Below are positions 18,203-27,311 of a DNA stretch of 64,000 nucleotides, in pieces; the first letter of the stretch is position 1, and every line of letters begins with the position of its first letter. The position numbers and the translations under genes are program-made. The notes under the pieces are model-generated. The model was not told the origin of the DNA. It worked only from the letters and a program-made list of their open reading frames with translations, and made no database searches. Origin of the DNA: Treponemataceae bacterium (GTDB taxonomy: Bacteria > Spirochaetota > Spirochaetia > Treponematales > Rectinemataceae); assembly GCA_963678065.2 (NCBI GenBank), contig CAXXVZ010000004.1, positions 352,001 to 416,000 of the forward strand, written 5' to 3'.

Positions 18203-19192
18203 CTAGAACGCGTAGTTCTTCGCATTCTCCTTCGTGAAATCGCTCGGCGGTCCCATGATGACCGTCTTGCCGTCCGCCCAGAGGCGGATCTTGCCGACAT
18301 TGGCGACATCCTGGCCGTCGACGGGCTTCTTACCCTTGAGGAGGTCGTTCGCGAGAACGACGGTGAGGTAGCCGAGCTTGCTCGGGTCCCAGAGAGTCGC
18401 GACGCGGAGGGAACCGTCCTCGAGGTAAGGGCGGGAATCGGTCGGAAGGGCCGTGCCTACGACGGCGATCTTTCCCTTGAGTCCTTTTTCCTGAACAGCC
18501 TGCGCAGCGCCGAGCGGGGCCGGCGTGGAAACGCCGATGATGCCTTTGAGGTTCGGATAAGCCTTGATCAGGTCGAGGGCTTTCTGGTAGGCGATCTGCT
18601 GCTTCTCGTCGGAGGGGACCTTGGTGGTGACAAGGTGAAGTCTGGGATATTTGGTCTTCGCATACTCGAGACCGGCATCGATCCAGCCGTTGAGATTGGC
18701 GGCGGAGAGTCCGCCGGTGATGATGGCGTAATCGCCCGTGTCGCCCATTTCCTTCACGAGGAGGTCCCAGTTATGCTGGCCGTAGACCTTGTCGTCGATC
18801 TGGTGGACCGAGAGGTCGACAAGATTCTTGTCGGCGGGGGTGTCCCAGTCGAGGACGACGATGCCGGCAGCCTTCGCTTTTTTCAGGACGGGAGAAAGGG
18901 CCGCGGGATCGTTCGGCGCGACACAGATCGCGTTGACGCCCTTGCTGATGAGGTCTTCGAGCATGCGGACCTGCTCTGCCGCATCGGCGGTGGTCGGGCC
19001 CGTGTAGATGACATTGACGCCGAGATCGACTCCCGCTTTCTTAGCACCGACTTCCGATGCGTTGAAATACGGGATACCGACGAGTTTCGGCATGACGACG
19101 ATCGTCATCTTCTTGTCTTGCGCGAATACAATTCCGGTCGCAAAAGCGAGGACGACGATCGCAAGTGCGATTTTCTTTACAGAGTTCATCAT
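18203..19192 (-). CDS. Sugar ABC transporter substrate-binding protein (LsrB/RhaS-like)
   Basis: Signal peptide; PKLVGIPYF, VAPND, LWDP. Confidence 0.88.
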   Translation of the reverse strand: MMNSVKKIALAIVVLAFATGIVFAQDKKMTIVVMPKLVGIPYFNASEVGAKKAGVDLGVNVIYTGPTTADAAEQVRMLEDLISKGVNAICVAPNDPAALSPVLKKAKAAGIVVLDWDTPADKNLVDLSVHQIDDKVYGQHNWDLLVKEMGDTGDYAIITGGLSAANLNGWIDAGLEYAKTKYPRLHLVTTKVPSDEKQQIAYQKALDLIKAYPNLKGIIGVSTPAPLGAAQAVQEKGLKGKIAVVGTALPTDSRPYLEDGSLRVATLWDPSKLGYLTVVLANDLLKGKKPVDGQDVANVGKIRLWADGKTVIMGPPSDFTKENAKNYAF

Positions 19193-19243
19193 TTTCCCCT
19201 CCCAATGGAAATCATCCGGACATACGTCTGGATGTCTTCAACC

Positions 19244-19382
19244 TTGATTCGCATGCGGGTCCATACCCCTCGAAGCTGCTTCGCTCTTTCTTGTGAAGTG
19301 ACATCGGGTATGGACCCGCATACAATCCATTCCTTACAGAACGAACGATACCCCGGAGCTCTGCTCCGGGGTATCGTTCATT
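19244..19382. repeat. REP/PATE-like double-hairpin element, copy A (139 bp)
   Basis: Perfect 16-bp IR (19253-19268 / 19306-19321) and perfect 17-bp IR (19343-19359 / 19363-19379); near-identical inverted copy at 58572-58660. Confidence 0.85.
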
Positions 19383-20373
19383 ACGCGGTCGCTTTCTTTC
19401 CCGCGTTGATGAGATTCAGGGCAAGCACCAGGATCAGGATGCCGCCCATGGCGACGTTGATGACGAAGCGGTTCACTCCGAAAATATTCAATCCGCTCGA
19501 GATGATCTGGAGGATCATGACGGCGAAAACGGTTCCGGCAACCTTTCCGTAGCCGCCGGCGATGTCCGTCCCGCCCAGCACCGCCGCGGCCACGCTTTGG
19601 AGAAGGTAGGAGGAGCCGTAGGACTCCTTCGCCGAATTGTAGCGCGATGACATGAGGATGCCGGCAAATGCGCACAGGAGGGCGGAGAAGAGGTAGATGC
19701 CGAAGAGGACCTTCTTCACGTTGACGCCCGAATAGGCCGTCACCGTCGGGTTGCAGCCGATCATGTAGACTTTGAGTCCGAACGAGCTCCGCTCCATCAG
19801 ATAGTAGGTCACGATCACCACGATGATGAAAAGGATCAATGGAAAGGGGATTCCGAAAATCGCGGTGTTCCCGAACCAGAGAAAGGCATCGGGGAAGCCT
19901 GAAATGGCCCCACCCTTGGTGATGTTGAGGCATATGCCCTCGAACAGGGTGCTGGTTCCGAGAGTCGCGAGCATCGGCGTGATACCGATGCCGGCGACGA
20001 CAAAGCCGTTCACCGCCCCGCAGGCGAGGGCGACGACGAGGAAGGTCGCAAGTCCCGCGATGATAGTGATGGCCGGGGAAGTTCCGGATGCTGTCATCGT
20101 CGCGAGCACCAGACCACCCACAATGGAAGCCAGGGCCGAGGTGAAGGTGATCGAGAGGTTGATGCCGCCGGTCACGATGACGACCATCATGGCGATGGCG
20201 AAGATGCCGAACTCGGGCAGCTGGTAGGCCATCGACTGGAGGTTCCTCCAGGTCAGGAATGTTTTCGGGGACAGGATCGACATGACAGCGAAGACCCCGA
20301 TGAATATGAAGAACAGCACCGCTTCCTTACTCCGGAAACGCTGGATGAATCTCAGGCCCGCATTGTTTTTCAC
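19381..20373 (-). CDS. Sugar ABC transporter permease (RbsC family)
   Basis: TGGINLS, IGCNPT...SG, AAAVLGG. Confidence 0.9.
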   Translation of the reverse strand: MKNNAGLRFIQRFRSKEAVLFFIFIGVFAVMSILSPKTFLTWRNLQSMAYQLPEFGIFAIAMMVVIVTGGINLSITFTSALASIVGGLVLATMTASGTSPAITIIAGLATFLVVALACGAVNGFVVAGIGITPMLATLGTSTLFEGICLNITKGGAISGFPDAFLWFGNTAIFGIPFPLILFIIVVIVTYYLMERSSFGLKVYMIGCNPTVTAYSGVNVKKVLFGIYLFSALLCAFAGILMSSRYNSAKESYGSSYLLQSVAAAVLGGTDIAGGYGKVAGTVFAVMILQIISSGLNIFGVNRFVINVAMGGILILVLALNLINAGKKATA

Positions 20374-20393
20374 GCTCTGTCTCCGTAGCTTTT

Positions 20394-21398
20394 TCAGTCT
20401 TCTTCGATGTCGACTTTGGTTGTATGGCTGTCCCAGTACCGCTTCTGCACTACGTCGAAGCCGATCGACGTGATCAGGACGATACCCACCACGATCTTCT
20501 GCCAGAAGGTCGGAATATGCATCAGGATCAGTCCGTTGTTGATCACGGTAAAAAGTGCCACGCCGAGGATCGTGCCGAGCACGGAGCCGTACCCGCCGAG
20601 CGTGCTCGCGCCGCCGAGGACGACTGCGGCGATGACCTGCATCTCGAATCCGTTGAAGGCGTTCGGGTCGACCTGGCGCATGATCGAGGTATGAACCACG
20701 CCGGAAAGCCCGACGATGAAGCCCTCGTACGCGTAGAGGAAGATCGTTATCCGGTCAAGGTTGTAGCCTACCCGTTCCGCCGAAACCCGGTTGCCTCCCA
20801 TCGCGTAGATCCCGCGGCCGATGAGTGTGTACTTCAGCAGGAACCAGGTAAGGATGGCGGCGAAAATGAAGAACAGGAGCTGGACGGGGAAGCCGATCAT
20901 CGTATCGCCCTGCCTGTAGAATGATCCGATCGTCTGCCGGCCGAAATTGATGAAGTTCTGCGGAAGGCCGGTGATCCACGTGCCGTTCGTCAGGTAGAGG
21001 GTGAGGCCGATGATGACGCTCATCGTGCCGAGCGTGACGACGATCGGCGGTATCCGCATCTTGGCAATCAGTATCCCGTTGATGAGGCCCATGATGGTCC
21101 CCGCGGCGCACCCGACCAGAACGGCCAGAAACACGTTGCCCGAGACCCTGACCAGAAACTGACCGACGATGACGGTCACCGCCGCGATCATGGAACCGAC
21201 CGAAACGTCGATCCCGCCGGTCAAAAGGACGAGGAGCATGCCTATCGACATGATGCCGAGCACCACATTGCTCTTGAGGATGTCGAAGAGATTCTCCACA
21301 GTCAGAAAGGCGCTCGAGTTCATCGCGATGATGCCCGAGACGACGACCAGGATGGCGAAAATACCGAATTCCCGGTTCTGTTTCAATTTGAGTTTCAT
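20394..21398 (-). CDS. Sugar ABC transporter permease (RbsC family)
   Basis: TGGIDVSVG, YAMGGN, IAAVVLGG. Confidence 0.9.
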   Translation of the reverse strand: MKLKLKQNREFGIFAILVVVSGIIAMNSSAFLTVENLFDILKSNVVLGIMSIGMLLVLLTGGIDVSVGSMIAAVTVIVGQFLVRVSGNVFLAVLVGCAAGTIMGLINGILIAKMRIPPIVVTLGTMSVIIGLTLYLTNGTWITGLPQNFINFGRQTIGSFYRQGDTMIGFPVQLLFFIFAAILTWFLLKYTLIGRGIYAMGGNRVSAERVGYNLDRITIFLYAYEGFIVGLSGVVHTSIMRQVDPNAFNGFEMQVIAAVVLGGASTLGGYGSVLGTILGVALFTVINNGLILMHIPTFWQKIVVGIVLITSIGFDVVQKRYWDSHTTKVDIEED

Positions 21399-21429
21399 AA
21401 TGGTCGGTTCCTTGCGTTCCTATTCCCGT

Positions 21430-22944
21430 TCACGTGGTCGCCTGCTGCTTAACGCCCAGGATCGCCTTGTTCATGATCTCTTCCTGCGTCGTCGTCGCGC
21501 CGTCGAATTCCCCCGAGATCTTGCCGCGGCGCATGACGATCACGCGATCCGCGATGGCGAGAATTTCCGGCAGCTCGGACGATACCATGATGATGCTGAT
21601 GCCACTTCCGGCGAGGTCGCGCAGGAGCTTGTGTATCTCCGCCTTCGCCCCGACATCGATGCCGTTCGTCGGCTCGTCGACCAAGAGGATTTTGGGGTCC
21701 AGCGCGAGCCATTTGGCGAGCACGACCCGCTGCTGGTTCCCGCCCGAGAGCTTTGTCGCGAGCATATCGGGGAGCGCCGGCTTGATGTTCAGCGTACGAA
21801 TCCACGTGTCGACGAGCTCTTTCCTCTTCTCGCGGTCAATGAGCCCAAGTCGGGCTTTCATCCTGTCGATCACGGTGATGGCGATATTGTCGGACATCGA
21901 CTTGCGGAGCACGAGCCCCTCGCTCAGACGGTTCTCCGGCAGGTAGGCAAGACCGTGCCGGACGGCGTCCTGCGCCGATGTGATCGTGATCTCCTTCCCT
22001 TCGAGAAAAAGGTGGCCGGAATCCTGACGGTTGATGCCATAGATGGCCTTCAGGATCTCGGTGCGTCCGGCGCCGACAAGGCCCGTGATGCCGAGGATCT
22101 CTCCTCTGTTCACATGGAAGGAAATGTTCTTGAAATTCCCCGCTTTGTTGAAATCCTTCACCTCGAGGACCTTGTCCGTGCTCTTGCGCTTGGGATAGAT
22201 CGTATGCTCGATTTTGCGTCCCACCATGAGGGAGATGAGGCGATCGTCGTCCAGTTCCTCCTCGCCGAAGGTGCCGAGGTACTTGCCGTCGCGGAGAATG
22301 CTGAAGCGGTCGGATACGGCGAAAAGCTCGTCGAGCTTGTGGCTGACGAACAGGATCGATATGCCGCTCTCCTTCAGATTCCTCATGATTTTGAACAGGA
22401 GCTCGACCTCGCTCCTGGAGAGCGCCGAGGTCGGCTCGTCCATGATGAGCAGCCTGGCGTTGTAGGTGAGCGCCCGAGCGATAGCCACGAGTTGCTGCTT
22501 GGCGACCGAAAGCTCGCCGAGCGGGGTGTCGATATCGATATCGATGCCAAGCCGGTCGAGCGCCGCGCGGGCATTCTTCCTGATCGTCCGCCAGTTGAGA
22601 ACCGCGGTCCCCTTCTCGATATCCGTCGTGATGGCGATATTTTCCGCCACACTCGTATTGGGAAACAGGGAAAAATCCTGGTATATGACGACGATACCCG
22701 TCTTGAGCGCCTCGAGTGGCGTCATCACCTCGATTTTCTTCCCGTCGATGAAGATCTCGGCACCCTTGTCGGATTGGTATACGCCGGACAGGATCTTTAT
22801 CAGAGTGGATTTTCCGGCGCCGTTCTCGCCGATAAGGGCGTGGATCTCTCCGCGCTTGACCTCGAGACTGATGTCATCGAGCGCCGTGACGCCCGGGAAA
22901 GTCTTGCTGACGTGGAAAATCTGCAAGAACGCATTCGGATTCAT
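21430..22944 (-). CDS. Sugar ABC transporter ATP-binding protein (RbsA/MglA type)
   Basis: GENGAGKST, MDEPT, LSGGNQQ, DEPTNGIDVG. Confidence 0.93.
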   Translation of the reverse strand: MNPNAFLQIFHVSKTFPGVTALDDISLEVKRGEIHALIGENGAGKSTLIKILSGVYQSDKGAEIFIDGKKIEVMTPLEALKTGIVVIYQDFSLFPNTSVAENIAITTDIEKGTAVLNWRTIRKNARAALDRLGIDIDIDTPLGELSVAKQQLVAIARALTYNARLLIMDEPTSALSRSEVELLFKIMRNLKESGISILFVSHKLDELFAVSDRFSILRDGKYLGTFGEEELDDDRLISLMVGRKIEHTIYPKRKSTDKVLEVKDFNKAGNFKNISFHVNRGEILGITGLVGAGRTEILKAIYGINRQDSGHLFLEGKEITITSAQDAVRHGLAYLPENRLSEGLVLRKSMSDNIAITVIDRMKARLGLIDREKRKELVDTWIRTLNIKPALPDMLATKLSGGNQQRVVLAKWLALDPKILLVDEPTNGIDVGAKAEIHKLLRDLAGSGISIIMVSSELPEILAIADRVIVMRRGKISGEFDGATTTQEEIMNKAILGVKQQATT

Positions 22945-23082
22945 GCTGGTCTGCTCCCGTTCATCCGTCGGTGGCGGTTCATTGTTTCCGAATACATGTT
23001 CCACCCGTTCCGTTCTGCCGTACATGCACAAAATGATACTTTGAGATACACAAAGTGCAGTTCCGGGAGTTATAGTGACGAA

Positions 23083-23973
23083 GTGAGCTTCAACTCATTT
23101 TTCAAGTATGTGAACTACAGTCCCCGCGATGCGGCGTGGGGCATCTACTGCATAGACGCCGGAGCCGTCGAAATAAAGGCAGGCGATCCCTACCCCTACA
23201 AGGCGGACCGTCATCCCGCCCAGTACACGCGGCACTGGGAAAACGGCCGGGTCCTCAATGAATTCCAATTCCTCTATATCACAAAGGGAGAGGGAATTTT
23301 CCGTACACAAAAAGGAGAAACGAAGCTCCATGAGGGAAGTTTCGTCATCATCGTTCCGGGATACTGGCACTGGTACCGGCCGGACAAGGAAACCGGCTGG
23401 ATCGAATTCTGGATCGGATTCGACGGAGACTATCCCCGGATGCTCCGCGAACACGGCTTTTTAGGGCCTGAACCGCAGGTGCTGGATATCGGAACACATG
23501 AAACCATCGTCTCGCACTTCAACCGGATCATCGACGGCGTGGAAAACGAACGCCCCGGCTACCAGCAGATCGTCGCGTCCCTCATCCCGCTCATCTATGC
23601 CGAGGTATCTTCGTACTCTTCGCGGCCGGAGATCGAGGCGCGCGGGAAAGATCTTTTCGAACGCATCAAGTTCATTTTCGAGGCGAACCTGCACGGCACC
23701 CTCGACATGGAATCCCTTGCCGCGGAGCTCAACCTCAACTACACGAGTCTCCGGGAAGACTTCAAGTCCTACACGGGGCTTTCTCCGTATCAGTACTTTC
23801 TCCAGATGAAGATCAACCGCGCCAAGGAACTCCTCCTCGACGGCGGACTCTCCGTCAAGGAAATATCCTACAAGCTTTCCTTCGAAAACCCGTACTACTT
23901 CTCCCGGCTTTTCAAGAAAAAAACGGGAGTCGCCCCGTCGCACTGGAACGGCATCACTACGGCGGAAGACTGA
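23083..23973 (+). CDS. AraC family transcriptional regulator (cupin sensor plus HTH)
   Basis: GRVLNEFQFLYI, WHWYRP; C-terminal AKELL..LSVKEISYKLSFENPYYFSRLFKKKTG. GTG start inferred. Confidence 0.88.
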   Translation: MSFNSFFKYVNYSPRDAAWGIYCIDAGAVEIKAGDPYPYKADRHPAQYTRHWENGRVLNEFQFLYITKGEGIFRTQKGETKLHEGSFVIIVPGYWHWYRPDKETGWIEFWIGFDGDYPRMLREHGFLGPEPQVLDIGTHETIVSHFNRIIDGVENERPGYQQIVASLIPLIYAEVSSYSSRPEIEARGKDLFERIKFIFEANLHGTLDMESLAAELNLNYTSLREDFKSYTGLSPYQYFLQMKINRAKELLLDGGLSVKEISYKLSFENPYYFSRLFKKKTGVAPSHWNGITTAED

Positions 23974-24053
23974 AGTCAGGACACCCCGGCCTAAGGACGC
24001 GCGGACATCGGGGATGTGGCGCACGTCGAAGGGACTCGCTACAATGCGTCATC

Positions 24054-24653
24054 ATGAACCGCTACCAAGTGTTTACGAACTCTACCGAAAAAGCTACGAA
24101 AAGCAGGGAAATAAAATATTGTTCCCATTGTGGTTCCGGCCTGACATTCACCTCAATTGGCGGGTTTACCCGTCAGCGATGCGGGAACTGCGGATTCGTA
24201 TACTTTCTGAACCCGAACCCGGGAGTGACGATAATAATCAGGAACGATGACAGTGAAGTACTTATTGGTAAAAGAATAAAAATGACGGAATATGGCGACA
24301 GATGGTGCCTGCCCGGCGGGTACATAGAGTACGAGGAGAGCTTCATCGACGCGACCATCCGCGAAGTGCGGGAAGAAACGGGCCTCTCGGTCGAGCTGGA
24401 AGGGATAATCAATATCGTGTCAAATATGCTCGATGATTCGCATCATACACTGGTTGTCGTTCTGTTGGGAAAACCCATTACCAATCAGCTCGTTCCCGGG
24501 GATGATGTTTCGGAACTGAAGTGGATAGACAAAAACGGGCATGCGTCGATCGAATACGCATTTGAGGCGGACAAGAGAATCATCGACTGCTTTTTCGAGG
24601 GTGATCTTGAAATGATACCCATCGACGGACGATATAAACAATTAAGTAACTGA
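24054..24653 (+). CDS. NUDIX hydrolase with N-terminal zinc ribbon
   Basis: YCSHCG...CGNCG; Nudix box GGYIEYEESFIDATIREVREETGL; visibly lower GC. Confidence 0.88.
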   Translation: MNRYQVFTNSTEKATKSREIKYCSHCGSGLTFTSIGGFTRQRCGNCGFVYFLNPNPGVTIIIRNDDSEVLIGKRIKMTEYGDRWCLPGGYIEYEESFIDATIREVREETGLSVELEGIINIVSNMLDDSHHTLVVVLLGKPITNQLVPGDDVSELKWIDKNGHASIEYAFEADKRIIDCFFEGDLEMIPIDGRYKQLSN

Positions 24654-24687
24654 GGAATACTGCGCCTGCCACTTTGCCATGCGTCGG

Positions 24688-24741
24688 CTTGATGACCGGC
24701 ACGATGCCGACGTTTCCCAGCGCGACGATGATTTCGTTCAT
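24688..24741 (-). pseudogene. 5' stub of a KDPG/KHG aldolase (Eda-like)
   Basis: Reads MNEIIVALGNVGIVPVIK, resembling the Eda N-terminal GIVPVIK strand; similarity then stops. Confidence 0.6.
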
Positions 24742-24817
24742 GTGGTTCTCTTTGCCCCGGAGCGCCGGCGCGGCAACTTCTTCGTCCCCGTCCGGCAGGT
24801 TCCTGCGCGCGTGCGCG

Positions 24818-25453
24818 TCAATGTATGAAATTCATGAAAACTTTCTTTTCCGGCTCGGGCTCCGGAACGACAGCCTTCCCCGCGTCGACGAGGCGCATGA
24901 GCCAGACCATGTTGCGCCCGAGCACCCGCATGATCTGGACTCCTTCGAGGTCCTGCTCCACTTCTCCGGGAGCGCCGCCATGGATGACGTTCCAGTAATT
25001 CGATGCCGGAATCAGCATTTCCGAGTAGAGAAGATACCTGTTCAGCTGTTCGAAGGCGGGCAGTCCGCCTGATCTCCTGACGGCGACGAGGGAGGCGCCG
25101 ACCTTGTGCCTCATGATGTTGCCGTTGCTGCCGGACACGTAGAAGGCCCGGTCGAGGAATGATTTCATCGTCGCGCCGATTCCGGAATAATGGACCGGCG
25201 AGCCCAGGATGATTCCGTCGGCGTTTTTCATGAGCTGTATCCAGCCGTTCACTCCGTCGTCCGGAAGCGCGCATTTTTCGTCGCGGTTCCTGCGGCAGGC
25301 GCCGCAGCCGATGCAGCCTCTGAGAGGCTTGTCGCCCACGTGGATTATCTCGGTCCCGATACCCTGCGCTTCGAGTTCGGCCGCCGCCATCCGTATTGCG
25401 AGGAAAGTATTGCCTTCCTTCCTCGGACTCCCGTTGAATGCCACTACTCTCAT
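24818..25453 (-). CDS. Flavodoxin-like iron-sulfur flavoprotein (Isf/WrbA family)
   Basis: GSPRKEGNT, CIGCGAC..C, LGSPVHY. Confidence 0.88.
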   Translation of the reverse strand: MRVVAFNGSPRKEGNTFLAIRMAAAELEAQGIGTEIIHVGDKPLRGCIGCGACRRNRDEKCALPDDGVNGWIQLMKNADGIILGSPVHYSGIGATMKSFLDRAFYVSGSNGNIMRHKVGASLVAVRRSGGLPAFEQLNRYLLYSEMLIPASNYWNVIHGGAPGEVEQDLEGVQIMRVLGRNMVWLMRLVDAGKAVVPEPEPEKKVFMNFIH

Positions 25454-26244
25454 GGCTGTTCTCCTTCGCGATCCGTTTCGACGATTTCCACACCGTTCTC
25501 TTCCAGAAAACTCTTCTCTTCGTCCCCCATGACGTCGGTGATGAAACAGTCGATGACACCGGAGGTGGCGAAACCCGCGAAGGAATTCCGCCCCAGTTTC
25601 GAGAAATCGACGAGGAAAAACACCTTTGTGGCGATGGAGATCATGAGCCGCTTGAGCTCGGCCTGCTGGAGGTCGGGAGTGCTCGCCCCGCGCTCGATGG
25701 AGAAGGCGTTCGCGGCCATGAAGGCTTTGTCGACCGTCAGCGAGCGGAGCATGCCTTCGGCCATGGAGCCCACGGTGCAGTGGAAGCCCTTGCGGAGGAA
25801 TCCCCCGATGACGTGGACGACCGCGCTCGGATGATCTTCGAGGCTGGATGCTATGGCGAGATCGTTGGTCAGGACCGTGATGTTTTTCCGGGCGGCGAGG
25901 AGGAGGGCGAGTTCGTAGGTGGTCGAGCCTGTGTCGAGGATGAGCGTGTCCCCGTCCTCGATTCTCTTCAGGGCGGCCATGGCGATGCGTTTTTTCGCCT
26001 CGGCGTGCTGTACGGATTTGTCGGCCGCGTCGGGCTCGAATCTGGCCTGGCCCTGGATTATCGCCCCACCGTGGGTGCGGACGAGGAGCTTGTTCTGCTC
26101 GAGATCGCGCAGGTCGTTGCGGATCGTCGCGCTCGAGACTTCGAATTTTTCACAGAGCTCGTTGACGCTGGCCTTTTTGCGCGACTTGACGTAATCGAGG
26201 ATGGCCTGCTTGCGCTCTTCCACGAAAACCTGTTCCTTTTTCAT
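25450..26244 (-). CDS. DeoR/GlpR family transcriptional regulator
   Basis: VSSATIRNDL, RTHGGA, LDTGSTT, VLTN. Confidence 0.92.
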   Translation of the reverse strand: MKKEQVFVEERKQAILDYVKSRKKASVNELCEKFEVSSATIRNDLRDLEQNKLLVRTHGGAIIQGQARFEPDAADKSVQHAEAKKRIAMAALKRIEDGDTLILDTGSTTYELALLLAARKNITVLTNDLAIASSLEDHPSAVVHVIGGFLRKGFHCTVGSMAEGMLRSLTVDKAFMAANAFSIERGASTPDLQQAELKRLMISIATKVFFLVDFSKLGRNSFAGFATSGVIDCFITDVMGDEEKSFLEENGVEIVETDREGEQP

Positions 26245-27311
26245 GGATCGATCCTATCCGCGGTCGGGGTGGCGGTCAAGTTTGGCCCGGGCGAGGCCGG
26301 AGATGGTCGCGCCTGAAAGCACTGCGCCTGTGAGAGCTGCGACAACCCGGGCTGCGCGGAAAACGCGAGCATGAGCCCGGGCTCGGCGAGGGCGAAGCGC
26401 CCCTGCGCTTCGGGGCGGGAAGCAAGGTAGCGTTTCCCTTCGGCGGGATCGATGGTGTTGAAATCGAACATGCCGAAGTGGTGACCCAGGCCGAAGCAGG
26501 CGGGAAGCGAGAGGACGAGGTCCACCGCTTCCTCGAGGGTGAAGTTGCCGACAATTCCGTTGGAGGTTCTCTGTGCGTCCCTGCCGTTGACGGGCAGGAA
26601 GGCCAGGTCGGGACCGAAGCCGGCGAGGCTATCCGCGAGCCCAGGATAGGGAACGCAGTCGCCCGAGTGGTAGGCCACGACTCCGGCAAGGTCGAGGATG
26701 TAGCCGAGGTGCAGGAAGTGCCCCTTTACGTCCTTCTCGAGCCGCTCGTGCGCGGAGGGAATGACCGAGAGCCTGCCGCCTACGCCGAGAGCCAGCCTGT
26801 CGCCTGAGTTCACCGCGTCGATCATGCGCGCCGGGATGCCGCGCTCGAGAGCCGTCGCGAGGCAGGACTCGGGGATGAGGAAGCGGCAGGAGGGGTTGTT
26901 CGCGGCGATGAGGGGAAGCGTGCCGGGATCGAGGTGGTCGGAGTGGGAGTGGCTGACAAGGACGAAATCGATGTCGAAGAGTTCGCCCGGAAGGGCTGGC
27001 GGCGGACTTATCCTGGTGTGCGGATACTTTGTGCCGCGGTATTTCTGCGCGAGGGAATCGGAGAGATAGGGGTCGACGAGAATGCGCAGGTCCCCGCTCT
27101 CGAAGAGAAAGCCAGCCTGGCCGAGCCACCAGGCTTTGAGGTCCGGAGCGTCGGCCCGGCCGCGGAGGCCGGAAAGGCCGGGCAGAGCGGGCATGAGGCC
27201 GGGCGCGCCGGGAGATGCGGACACCGCTGCGGATGCGGCAGAAAACGAGACCGATTCCTGCCTCGTTCGGGGAACTCGGCTCTCCGGGAATATCGCGATC
27301 GCCTGTTTCAT
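26241..27311 (-). CDS. Metallo-beta-lactamase fold hydrolase (UlaG-like lactonase)
   Basis: WLGQAGF, VDPYLS, SHSHSDHLD, YHSGD. Start placed at the ATGA overlap with the upstream stop; uncertain. Confidence 0.82.
   Translation of the reverse strand: MKQAIAIFPESRVPRTRQESVSFSAASAAVSASPGAPGLMPALPGLSGLRGRADAPDLKAWWLGQAGFLFESGDLRILVDPYLSDSLAQKYRGTKYPHTRISPPPALPGELFDIDFVLVSHSHSDHLDPGTLPLIAANNPSCRFLIPESCLATALERGIPARMIDAVNSGDRLALGVGGRLSVIPSAHERLEKDVKGHFLHLGYILDLAGVVAYHSGDCVPYPGLADSLAGFGPDLAFLPVNGRDAQRTSNGIVGNFTLEEAVDLVLSLPACFGLGHHFGMFDFNTIDPAEGKRYLASRPEAQGRFALAEPGLMLAFSAQPGLSQLSQAQCFQARPSPASPGPNLTATPTADRIDP

Noticed and set aside
19244..19382. Possible CRISPR repeat or tRNA
   Set aside because: No repeat-spacer periodicity, no cas genes and no cloverleaf or T-loop consensus. 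Treated as a dispersed palindromic element.
21169..23082. Apparent 934-aa AraC fusion
   Set aside because: The N-terminal ~640 aa is the antisense of the ABC ATPase and permease. Only the last ~296 aa is the AraC gene.
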